A stretch of DNA of 36,876 nt from a virus. Its lineage: Duplodnaviria; Caudoviricetes. The notes below the pieces were generated by a model. That model was not told the DNA's origin and made no database searches. It worked only from the letters and a program-made list of their open reading frames with translations. Both the position numbers and the translations under genes were made by a program. Positions 18,936 through 26,835 of this stretch are shown here, piece by piece (the stretch's first letter is position 1; the number at the start of each line of letters is the position of its first letter). The DNA lies in IMG/VR virus record IMGVR_UViG_3300037518_000172, positions 1 to 36,876 of that record, one strand, 5' to 3'.

Positions 18936-20980
18936 GCTGCTTCTCCCCTAAGTTGCCCACTCTCCGTCGCGCCTGTCGTCCTGCCGCCCAGGCTTGCATT
19001 CGCCTTCCGGCCACCCGCAACCGCGCCGGATGACGTGCCGGTCATGGCCGCAGCGGAGAGCCGACCGCTTTCAACCGCCGTGCCCATTGTTATCGCGAGT
19101 AAGGTAGGCGCGAACGCAATGGTTTCCGTCTCCGCCAGCGGGATGACAATCCTGGACCCGGCCGCGACTGACGGCGCGATAGAAGCCGTTTCGGTTTCCG
19201 CCAGCGGGACGGCAATGTTCGCACCGGCAAGTATCTCGATTGTAGGCGCGAAAGCAGCCGCCACCGTTTCGGCCAGCGGAGCAACCACACGGGCACCCGC
19301 CGCGACTGCCGGTGCAAATGCCGCCGCCACCGTTGCAGCCAAAGGCAGCACAATGCCGGAGCCCGCCACGATACTCGGGGCAAGCGCATCCGCCTGTGTG
19401 GCGGCAAGAGGCACCGTGACGACTGCCCCGGCGGCCACCGCAGGCGCTAAGGCACTTGCCTCGGTTTCGGCCAGGGGCACGGCGATACGAGCGCCCGACA
19501 CCACCACAGGCGCAAGAGCGTCCGCCTCGGTAGCGGCCAGCGGCATATTGACGTTTGTGCCAGCGGCGATACTGGGTGCGAGAGCGCTTGTTTCCGTCGC
19601 TGCAAGTGGCACCGCGATATCGACAGCAGAACCAGCCGCAACGGCAGGCGCCAGGGCCGATGCTTCGGTTTGCGCCAACGGAACGGCAACAGCAGCGCCT
19701 GCCACGACCGCCGGAGCAAGCGCGGACGTTTCCGTCGCGGCCAGCGGTACGGTAGTACTGGCGCCTGTTGCAACGGCCGGCGCGAGTGCGCTAGCCGTAG
19801 TCCCGGCCAGAGGAATTGTCGTTTTCGCGCCCGCCGCGATGCCGGGTGCCAAGGCGCCAGCCTCGGTGGAGGCCAGCGGAACAACTATACTAACGCCGGG
19901 TGTTTCCGGCTCCGCGAACTGGACCACCTCGAAGGCATAGGCACTCGCCAGCGACCCGGTGATGCGCCGGCTGGCGCGCACCGTCGTATCGGCGGCGAAG
20001 GTGAAGCCGAGGACGAAGGACGCGGCCCCCGTCGTCGTGTTCGTGTGTCCCATGGTCAGGCTCATGTTCGAGCCCGGATTGATGACCGAGCGCGCCTGGT
20101 CGATGGCCGTGATCGTCGTATCGTCGGCCGTCTCGCCGCTGCCGATCGTCGGCTGCGCACGCTGCACCGTCCATTCGTCGTTGGCGCAGGTGACGACGAA
20201 GACGGAGGTGTTCATGAAGTGGCCGGCCGGCGTGCCCCCGCCGAGCCGCTGGAACTGGACGTTGGTGGTGCTGGTCAGCGCCCACCACATGGCGCCATCT
20301 ACCGGATCGTCGTCGTTGTTGCCCGCCGTGTAGCCGCCGACGATGAACGTCTTGGCCATGTCGACGGCGCTGATCGCCTGGTTGTAGGCCGTGGCGCCCT
20401 GCGAGCTGGCGTCGTTGCTCAACTCCAAGAACTGCACCGCGAACTCGGTGCCGATGCACTCGACCACGTAGAACCGCCCGGTCGTCGTCTGGAGGGTGGA
20501 CGACGTGAACCGGGAAAACGTGATTTCCGTATCGGACGTGAACTTGGCCCGGTGGCAGGCCCGGTCGAACCAGAAGCCGCTGGCCGTGGCCATGCGCCAG
20601 GACGGAACGATGAACGCCTTGGACTGGTCGACGGCGGAGATCGCCGCCGTGCCGAACACCTGGCCGGAGGCGATGGTGAAGGTGCCCTGCTGGACGTTGA
20701 CCTTGGTCAGATCCCATTCGACGACGAAGATCTCGACCTGCACGTCGTCGCCGGTCAGCAATTGGGCATTGACCCGCGCCGTGCCGCCGTTGTCGTCGAA
20801 CCACACTTCCGGCAGCAGGTTGCCGTTGACCCAGGTGACCGCCGCGCCCGCCTCGCGGATCGAATAGTACGGCGTGCAGGCCGCCGGGTCCTGCCCCTTG
20901 GTCAGGTTCGCCTGCGCCGGATTCGTCCCCGACGAGAGCGTCAGCGTGACATGCTCGATGGATTTGTGCAGCGCGGGCAT
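18932..20980 (-). CDS. large modular virion/fibre protein: four ~90-aa beta repeats plus twelve ~22-aa PLAxT repeats
   Basis: The repeats are visible in the translation. Starts immediately after the stop of the upstream gene. Confidence 0.8.
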   Translation of the reverse strand: MPALHKSIEHVTLTLSSGTNPAQANLTKGQDPAACTPYYSIREAGAAVTWVNGNLLPEVWFDDNGGTARVNAQLLTGDDVQVEIFVVEWDLTKVNVQQGTFTIASGQVFGTAAISAVDQSKAFIVPSWRMATASGFWFDRACHRAKFTSDTEITFSRFTSSTLQTTTGRFYVVECIGTEFAVQFLELSNDASSQGATAYNQAISAVDMAKTFIVGGYTAGNNDDDPVDGAMWWALTSTTNVQFQRLGGGTPAGHFMNTSVFVVTCANDEWTVQRAQPTIGSGETADDTTITAIDQARSVINPGSNMSLTMGHTNTTTGAASFVLGFTFAADTTVRASRRITGSLASAYAFEVVQFAEPETPGVSIVVPLASTEAGALAPGIAAGAKTTIPLAGTTASALAPAVATGASTTVPLAATETSALAPAVVAGAAVAVPLAQTEASALAPAVAAGSAVDIAVPLAATETSALAPSIAAGTNVNMPLAATEADALAPVVVSGARIAVPLAETEASALAPAVAAGAVVTVPLAATQADALAPSIVAGSGIVLPLAATVAAAFAPAVAAGARVVAPLAETVAAAFAPTIEILAGANIAVPLAETETASIAPSVAAGSRIVIPLAETETIAFAPTLLAITMGTAVESGRLSAAAMTGTSSGAVAGGRKANASLGGRTTGATESGQLRGEAA
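19090..19895 (-). repeat. degenerate ~66-bp coding tandem repeat (12 copies of xxxVPLAxTxAxALAPxVxAGA)
   Basis: Counted in the translation of 18932-20980; boundaries are approximate. Confidence 0.85.
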
Positions 20981-21829
20981 CTACGAAACCGCCGCCAAGT
21001 CTTGCATGCTGCGAACCTCGCGCAGACACTCCCAAGCAAAGCCGCTCGATATTTCGTCGGCAGTGTACTGGCACCACGCCAGCTTTCTTGCCCACGCCGT
21101 GCGGTCCTGCCGCGCGCAGTGATCCCAGTCATATGCCGCAACGCCCCAAACCATTGAGCCGCGATCCCGCGCGATGGTTGGCACCCCGGCTAGGACTGCA
21201 TCAACCCCGGCCCCGCTGTTGAATGTCACGACCAAAGCCGCCCTCTTCAGCGCATCTTCAAGCGTTCCGCCGATCAACATGGCGCCATGCGGCAAAGGCT
21301 GATCCGCGTCTCGCGGGTGCGGCCGGAACATCACCGGCAGTTTCCAATCGAAGCAACAGTTCAGCACCGCCGTCAGATAGAAGTCGTCCATGTTCACGCC
21401 CGCCAAGCTGGCATCGCCGCGAACTTGGCCCATCAGAAGTGCGTAGTCGCCGTCTTTTCGCCCATTGCGCCATGGCTTCATCATGTGGCCGAAGTGCTTT
21501 TGCCAACGTTCGCCGCCGTCCCGTGCATCCGGGAACTTGGCGCGGCCATTGAGCCCGTCAAACCCTAACGAAGTCCACTCGCGGCGCATCGTGATATCGC
21601 CGATATAGCCGCGCTCCATGACAAGATAGTGCGCACCGGCCTCGCGCTGCATCGCGTGCAGTTCCGTATCGCGGTGATTCCAGACAATGGCCAGATCGGA
21701 GACTCGCCAGTCGCCCTTGCTTCGCTCTTCTGGCGCCAGCCCGTGGGCACGCAGCCCGGCCAGCATGGCATCCTCAACCGGCGCCGCCCATGGCGTGTCG
21801 GCTCGGTAGAGAACAATGTCTAGGGTCAT
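20981..21829 (-). CDS. capsule-modification (KpsC/KpsS-like, GT-B) glycosyltransferase-like protein
   Basis: VMERGY, LLMGQVRGDAS, FRPHP and VVTFNSGAGVDAVLAGVP motifs. Confidence 0.7.
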   Translation of the reverse strand: MTLDIVLYRADTPWAAPVEDAMLAGLRAHGLAPEERSKGDWRVSDLAIVWNHRDTELHAMQREAGAHYLVMERGYIGDITMRREWTSLGFDGLNGRAKFPDARDGGERWQKHFGHMMKPWRNGRKDGDYALLMGQVRGDASLAGVNMDDFYLTAVLNCCFDWKLPVMFRPHPRDADQPLPHGAMLIGGTLEDALKRAALVVTFNSGAGVDAVLAGVPTIARDRGSMVWGVAAYDWDHCARQDRTAWARKLAWCQYTADEISSGFAWECLREVRSMQDLAAVS

Positions 21830-22392
21830 TTGTGCTGCAATTGAAAAACTAAACCGAACCCAAAGCCGCGCTTAGGCCCAACGATCTCGCGTGTTTTATA
21901 GTGGTCCCGTATTTCATTCCAAAGCCGGGGAACCTCCACCTGATACCGATAGGCTGGCTTTGTTCCGGCCTCCCAGTCGATATCATGAAACGCGATGATC
22001 GGCGCCAACAGCCGGTAGAATTCCCAATCCAACCGCACCGCCTCGTACCTATGGTCTGCGTCGATGACACAAGCGTCGAACGGTGTCAGCGCCAAAATGG
22101 CGGCACGGACGCTGGCCGAATGACTGTCGCCAAAGATAACGTGCCCATCGAATTTCTCGACTACGCTTTTCAGCTTTTCCGCCGAGTCTGGCCGCCCCCA
22201 TGCCGCACCCGGCATATCAACGGCGACCCCAAACGCACCCGGCCCAAGTCCGCTCATGACGTGAGCGAAAAAGACGCCGGAGCGGGCGCCGATTTCCAGA
22301 TAACGCCGGACGCCAGCCTGCCGGAATTCGCTTACAAGCTCATCAAGTTCCCATTGACCGGATTTCCGTCCGTCCAGAAACGTGTCGGTCAC
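21826..22392 (-). CDS. class I SAM-dependent methyltransferase (Methyltransf_24-like)
   Basis: YLEIGARSG, GDSH, IDADHRYEAV..DW and IAFHDI motifs. Confidence 0.85.
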   Translation of the reverse strand: MTDTFLDGRKSGQWELDELVSEFRQAGVRRYLEIGARSGVFFAHVMSGLGPGAFGVAVDMPGAAWGRPDSAEKLKSVVEKFDGHVIFGDSHSASVRAAILALTPFDACVIDADHRYEAVRLDWEFYRLLAPIIAFHDIDWEAGTKPAYRYQVEVPRLWNEIRDHYKTREIVGPKRGFGFGLVFQLQHK

Positions 22393-23096
22393 CGCCAGTG
22401 CTCCCCGATGAACGGATATTCTTTCTGCATCAGCGGCATGGCGGGCGAGCGCGGGCCGTTGAAAAACACGACGCGCGCCCGGCCCGGATCAGACACGGCC
22501 CGCACGGACACTATGTCGCCATCCCACGGCCACACGGGTTCACCGTTGCCGAGCACATGCGTCAGCCAGGACTGATCGTCTACGGCAAGGCTCGCCGCAG
22601 CGAGCTGCCCTGGCGACGCGTCCAGATCGAATTGCTCCCATACTTGCGGCCGGGCGCCGGCATCTAGCAGCACGAACGACATATTGTAGCGGCTATATGG
22701 CCTGCCCGCTTGGTGGTACAGGCGCGGCTCCCATGATTTGAAGTCTCCGGCACCCTCTAGCAGCGGGTCCAGGTCGCGCAAGATCACGCAGTCGAGATCC
22801 ATCAGCAAGATTCGTGTCCCCAGCCACGCGCCCGCTTCCGGGTGGAAGATCACAAGGCGTCGAAACCAGCCCGGAACGTCGTCGCGCAACACCACATCCG
22901 CGTGCGGCTGGGGCACGACATGCACGCGCGGGTCGATCCCGTCCGGCATATCTGTCACACAGACCAATTCGTGCGGTTGCTTCAGGTGCCGCTCCAGCAT
23001 CGAACGCAGCCGGTTAACGTAATCCGCCGAATAAACGAACAGGTGGTTGTGACGGCCGTTGGGATCGAACCAGAGAAATGTCACTACCGTCAGCAT
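22389..23096 (-). CDS. GT-A glycosyltransferase (GT8-like)
   Basis: YVNRLRSMLERHL...VCVTD, LLMDLDCVI (DxD), DQSW and VVFFNGP motifs. Confidence 0.82.
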   Translation of the reverse strand: MLTVVTFLWFDPNGRHNHLFVYSADYVNRLRSMLERHLKQPHELVCVTDMPDGIDPRVHVVPQPHADVVLRDDVPGWFRRLVIFHPEAGAWLGTRILLMDLDCVILRDLDPLLEGAGDFKSWEPRLYHQAGRPYSRYNMSFVLLDAGARPQVWEQFDLDASPGQLAAASLAVDDQSWLTHVLGNGEPVWPWDGDIVSVRAVSDPGRARVVFFNGPRSPAMPLMQKEYPFIGEHWR

Positions 23097-23620
23097 GACA
23101 ATATCTTTGCCGCGTTAACCTCGACCGCTCCCGTCATGTCCAGTACAAGTATCGGTGCGCCGCGTTCTGTCATTGCTTCGAGCGCGCGGCGAACATCGCG
23201 AACCGCTGCGGGCGTGTCATATGTCCGGCCCGGCTTGAGGCCGGACCTGATGCGTTCTGCCAACCGCGCCTCGATAACCTCGACCGGCGCCAGACAGAAC
23301 GCCGCCGTATCGGGCAACGGAATGCAGTCAAGATAACCGGGCGGCGCGCCTATCGCCCGTTGCAGTGGCATGTGCGCATCAACCGCAAGGCCTTCGATGA
23401 AGGATAACTGGATAGCAGCCGCACGCCGCAGTGACACTTCGGCTACCTCTTCCCACTGCGGCGAACCGCCAAGCGCGCCAATCCATTCAATGTCCGCATC
23501 CGTCCGGTTCATCGACACGAACGACCGCAACGAATTTCCATGCAGCGCTTGATCGCCGAGGGCTTCAAGCAGCGTCGACTTGCCCACACCCGGCGCGCCG
23601 CAGATTTGAACCAGCCTCAT
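23090..23620 (-). CDS. P-loop kinase (NMP-kinase-like)
   Basis: Walker A GAPGVGKST at the N-terminus and an RLAER lid-like motif. Confidence 0.75.
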   Translation of the reverse strand: MRLVQICGAPGVGKSTLLEALGDQALHGNSLRSFVSMNRTDADIEWIGALGGSPQWEEVAEVSLRRAAAIQLSFIEGLAVDAHMPLQRAIGAPPGYLDCIPLPDTAAFCLAPVEVIEARLAERIRSGLKPGRTYDTPAAVRDVRRALEAMTERGAPILVLDMTGAVEVNAAKILSC

Positions 23621-24159
23621 CGCGGCTCTTTATGCGTCACCACGCAAGCATACTCTTTCTGGCGCGTGGCAAACGGCTTGACCGCGAACCGCGACTCCAG
23701 CTTGCCTTGCCACCAATCGCCGTCATGCACGGACAGGTGCGGGTTGCGCCCATCCGGCAAACAGTGGCTGAGCGCGTACTTCGTGGCGATCCCGATCAAT
23801 CCGACCCGACGTACCAGCGAGGCGAGATGATCCAGCACGTTATCGACGTAATCCGGCTCGACATGCTCCATCACGTCATTGCATATCACGAAATCCGCTG
23901 GCCCCGGCAGACCGTCCTTGCCCGAAATGGCCGGGTCATACTCGGCTACCGGGATATTGATAAACTTCGCCAAGGCCACCGCAAACGTGCCCTTGCCGCA
24001 ACCATAGTCGAGCGCATCCTTGCAACCATGATCAGCGATGAGCTTGGCCGCTTTCTGCGCCCATCGGAACGATTCCGCGCCGAAGTCCGCGGCCCTGTGC
24101 ATCAGTCTGTTCTGCTCGACGTAGGACTGCGAGATCAGGGCTCGCCCGTCCCAGTTCAC
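23617..24159 (-). CDS. class I SAM-dependent methyltransferase
   Basis: ALDYGCGKG, EYDPA and DFVICNDVMEHVEP motifs. Confidence 0.88.
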   Translation of the reverse strand: MNWDGRALISQSYVEQNRLMHRAADFGAESFRWAQKAAKLIADHGCKDALDYGCGKGTFAVALAKFINIPVAEYDPAISGKDGLPGPADFVICNDVMEHVEPDYVDNVLDHLASLVRRVGLIGIATKYALSHCLPDGRNPHLSVHDGDWWQGKLESRFAVKPFATRQKEYACVVTHKEPR

Positions 24160-25049
24160 AGCGGCACCATCAAAAATGATGCATGCGATCCGTTGAGCAG
24201 CGCCACGTCCGACTTGTCCTTGCTGCGTCCGCCGTTCAGCTTCGTCTCAGCCACCAGAGGCAAAGCCGCGAAGCGCACGCCCAGCATGGTAAAGTGGTAA
24301 CGCGGATCGCCAATGATCTGGTCGTCGGTCAGAGCGACCGGGCGGACTGTGCGGTGATATCCAGCCGCCGCGAGGTCGATGCCCGGCACAATGTCCTTGA
24401 TGCCCGCGGCGCCGAACTTCCGGCGCGCGGCACTATCGAGAATGATATCTATATCGTTCGACTCGCGCAGCCCGCAGGCTTCGAACACCCCGCCCGAGAT
24501 CACGCACGCCTGCCGCCGGTCGATACCGTTCTCGGCACACCAGACCCGCATCCTGTGTAATCTGTCGTAATAGGCCGGGCGCAATGGGAACGGCCGCCGG
24601 TGGACGTGCGCAAGACTCACCGGTTGGAGCAGATCGAGCAGATAAGCCGCCTCAGCCTCACCGTCCGACGCATGAACGTTGAGGTGCATCTTCGTCCCGG
24701 CGACCCGCGCTGGGTAAGCTTCCCGCAGCACCACCTTCATCGCATCGCACGCTTGGCCGAGCGCTCCGTTGCGCGGGCGCGCGATAATGGCGCGAAGGCG
24801 AAACCCATGCGGCTCCAGTAGTCGGAGCCGTTCGCGGTTGGGGTTGATGTAACTCCGCTCCCGTGCGTCGGGATGCATCGCAATCGATTTGAGCATGTAG
24901 ACGTCGCAGTTGAACGACCAGAACGTCTCCATGCTCGCGAAGGCCAGGTCTATGCGCCGGTCGATCTCGAACCGCTCGGCGATCATCGCCTCCATCGCGC
25001 CCCAGTGTTGCCGCACTGCCGACCAGAGCAGGAACACGCCAGGCGTCAC
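24156..25049 (-). CDS. hypothetical enzyme with a C-terminal nucleotidyltransferase-like motif
   Basis: VISGGVFEACGLRESNDIDII and a terminal RSKDKSD; VHASD in the N-terminal half. Confidence 0.55.
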   Translation of the reverse strand: MTPGVFLLWSAVRQHWGAMEAMIAERFEIDRRIDLAFASMETFWSFNCDVYMLKSIAMHPDARERSYINPNRERLRLLEPHGFRLRAIIARPRNGALGQACDAMKVVLREAYPARVAGTKMHLNVHASDGEAEAAYLLDLLQPVSLAHVHRRPFPLRPAYYDRLHRMRVWCAENGIDRRQACVISGGVFEACGLRESNDIDIILDSAARRKFGAAGIKDIVPGIDLAAAGYHRTVRPVALTDDQIIGDPRYHFTMLGVRFAALPLVAETKLNGGRSKDKSDVALLNGSHASFLMVPL

Positions 25050-25768
25050 AACAGCGCCCGCACCGACGATGGATACTCGCCCTCGTACCGGGCAACCGGG
25101 ATGCGGCGTGCGGCAATTGTCTGAAAATGCGGGATCGACTGCCAGTCAGCCGGCCATTGGCAAGTCGCCGACTCCAGCGGCTTCCTCGCCCATTTAAAAT
25201 GCAGGAACGCGGGTCTGTGATCGAAGGCATCGTCTGCATCGGGGACGCCTTTGAGGTTTTGCGTGACAGGCCCTTGCTCATACCGGACGCCGGGGCCGGC
25301 CCTGTAAATCCCGGTTGTTCTGCACAATGGATGAACGCCAATGTGCGTCAATGCGTCGCCCACGATGTCCCGGCCCTCGAAACGGATGCGGTCCCGGCCT
25401 TCGCCCAGAAGCCGCCTGATCTCCGCACCTAGCCAGTCCATCGCCACCATGTCGCCGTCCCATTTCAGGTGATGCGTGCCGGTTGCCTTTGATGCCGTGA
25501 AATTGTAGAGCGCGGCGCTTGACCTGGGATCGGTTGCCGGGATTTGCGCGTGTCGCGGCCCCATTTCCCAAGTCTTGTAATCGTGTTCATAGACCTTGGT
25601 CTTGTCGGGGTGTTCCGCCGCGAATTTGGCAACAATCTGCGGTGTAGCATCGGCGGGCTGATTGAGCACGATCACCACTTCATCAACCCACTCGACAATT
25701 GATTCGAGTGAGTGGTGACACCAAACCTCTTCGTCTCTAAGTCGGACAAGCGCGGACAATCTAGTCAT
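25046..25768 (-). CDS. GT2-family glycosyltransferase
   Basis: LSALVRLRDEE...SLESI...VDEVVIV...DAT, and LKWDGD (DxD). Confidence 0.82.
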   Translation of the reverse strand: MTRLSALVRLRDEEVWCHHSLESIVEWVDEVVIVLNQPADATPQIVAKFAAEHPDKTKVYEHDYKTWEMGPRHAQIPATDPRSSAALYNFTASKATGTHHLKWDGDMVAMDWLGAEIRRLLGEGRDRIRFEGRDIVGDALTHIGVHPLCRTTGIYRAGPGVRYEQGPVTQNLKGVPDADDAFDHRPAFLHFKWARKPLESATCQWPADWQSIPHFQTIAARRIPVARYEGEYPSSVRALL

Positions 25769-25777
25769 GTTGGGCTA

Positions 25778-25807
25778 TTGACATCATGTGCCAGATTGGC
25801 ATAGGGT
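25778..25807 (+). promoter_or_regulatory. sigma70-like promoter with a palindromic operator in its spacer
   Basis: TTGACA (25778-25783), an 18-nt spacer, then TAGGGT (25802-25807). TGCCA-GAT-TGGCA inverted repeat at 25789-25801. Confidence 0.7.
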
Positions 25808-25835
25808 ACGAACGTCGTAGCATCGACAGACCATC

Positions 25836-25907
25836 TTAGCCAGGCCGGGCATCGCTACGCGAAGCCGCGCCGGGCATGGCTCGGCGTAGCGAGGCAAAGC
25901 ACAGTCC
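25836..25907 (+). repeat. pentamer array 1 (candidate guide RNA)
   Basis: ttAGC caGGC cgGGC atCGC taCGC gaAGC cgCGC cgGGC atGGC tcGGC gtAGC gaGGC aaAGC acAGT cc: 13 consecutive GC at exact 5-nt spacing. Confidence 0.92.
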
Positions 25908-25944
25908 CTTTAACCATTCGTGGCATCAGGCCGTGGAGAACATC

Positions 25945-26532
25945 ATGCAAATCAAAGTCTTCCGTTTCACCGGGTTAACCCCCCTTCTCATGTCCAACAT
26001 CGAGAGCGTCAACCGCGATGCTCCTACGCTCAAGCTCGGCACGAAGCCGAACAAGGGCGACATCGAAAAGATCGCGGAGGCCGCTACCTACCGCGACACC
26101 GACGGCTCGCTCTACCTGCCAACGCAGGCGCTCCGATCTTCGTTGCTCGACGGCTGCTCGGGACAGAAGGTCGCCGGCACCCGGATCGGCCCGAGGAAAA
26201 TCTTTCAGGGCGTTCTGTTTTGCAGCGAGGATCGCGCAACGCTCCTGAACCCCAAGAGCAAGCCGATCACCGAATACGAGATACAGATCGACAGCGGCGT
26301 CAACAAGGCCAACAAGGCACGCATCATCGTCGTCCGGCCGCGCATCGACGAATGGCACGTCGATGTTCCTTTCGAGATTGACGACGAGTTCGCGCCTACC
26401 AACTTCGAACAGTTTCTCGACACCGTGCTTTCCATCTGGAACCGGGCCGGCCGTGCCGTCGGCGCTGGCGCGTGGCGTCCTCAGAACTCCGGACGGTTCG
26501 GGCGGTATAGTGTCGAGATGGTCGGTAAGTAG
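25945..26532 (+). CDS. stand-alone RAMP-superfamily (Cas7/Csm3-like) protein
   Basis: GGAG SD; 195 aa. Beta1 FTGLTPLLM, then LYLPTQALRSSL (cf. P.IPGSSLKG.LR), and a C-terminal glycine-rich loop GRAVGAGAWRPQNSGRFGRYSV. Confidence 0.75.
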   Translation: MQIKVFRFTGLTPLLMSNIESVNRDAPTLKLGTKPNKGDIEKIAEAATYRDTDGSLYLPTQALRSSLLDGCSGQKVAGTRIGPRKIFQGVLFCSEDRATLLNPKSKPITEYEIQIDSGVNKANKARIIVVRPRIDEWHVDVPFEIDDEFAPTNFEQFLDTVLSIWNRAGRAVGAGAWRPQNSGRFGRYSVEMVGK

Positions 26533-26545
26533 TTTCACGTTTTGG

Positions 26546-26610
26546 AACGATGCGGAGCGGTGCTTTGCTTAGCGTGGCCCGGCAGCGCGTCGCCCAGCAC
26601 AGCACAGTCC
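26546..26610 (+). repeat. pentamer array 2 (candidate guide RNA)
   Basis: AACga TGCgg AGCgg TGCtt TGCtt AGCgt GGCcc GGCag CGCgt CGCcc AGCac AGCac AGTcc. Confidence 0.92.
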
Positions 26611-26778
26611 TAACCATGGCCGATGCCGGTGAATTTATCTTTCGGTGCTTGGCCGAGCGAGGCCCAGCGTCGCTTAGCGTGGCCCGGCAGCGCGTCGCCC
26701 AGCACAGCACAGTCCTAACCATGGCCGATGCCGGTGAATTTATCTTTCGGTGCTTGGCCGAGCGAGGCCCAGCGTCGC
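26567..26778 (+). repeat. exact 105-bp tandem duplication
   Basis: 26567-26671 is identical to 26672-26776, plus 2 further nt. Confidence 0.95.
26646..26715 (+). repeat. pentamer array 3 (chimera of array 4's 5' half and array 2's 3' half)
   Basis: TGCtt GGCcg AGCga GGCcc AGCgt CGCtt AGCgt GGCcc GGCag CGCgt CGCcc AGCac AGCac AGTcc. Confidence 0.9.
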
Positions 26779-26815
26779 CATGCATAGATGGGCCCGGCAA
26801 AGCAAAGCACAGTCC
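26751..26815 (+). repeat. pentamer array 4 (candidate guide RNA)
   Basis: TGCtt GGCcg AGCga GGCcc AGCgt CGCca TGCat AGAtg GGCcc GGCaa AGCaa AGCac AGTcc. Confidence 0.92.
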
Positions 26816-26835
26816 TTTAACTCAGGAGACCTCCC

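Noticed and set aside
18708-21157. Long plus-strand ORFs (410 aa and 495 aa)
   Set aside because: They are antisense shadows of the repetitive, GC-rich 682-aa gene.
25836-25905. Concatenated dinucleotides of array 1 form an inverted repeat (TTCACGA...TCGTGAA)
   Set aside because: It is only 7 bp, out of dinucleotide register and absent from the other arrays, so it is plausibly chance.
25876-25944. Longer N-terminus for the RAMP-like ORF
   Set aside because: That ATG lies inside array 1. The ATG at 25945 has a GGAG SD and begins the predicted first beta strand.
26546-26815. CRISPR array
   Set aside because: There are no 23-50 nt identical repeats separated by unique spacers. The structure is 5-nt periodicity plus one 105-bp duplication.
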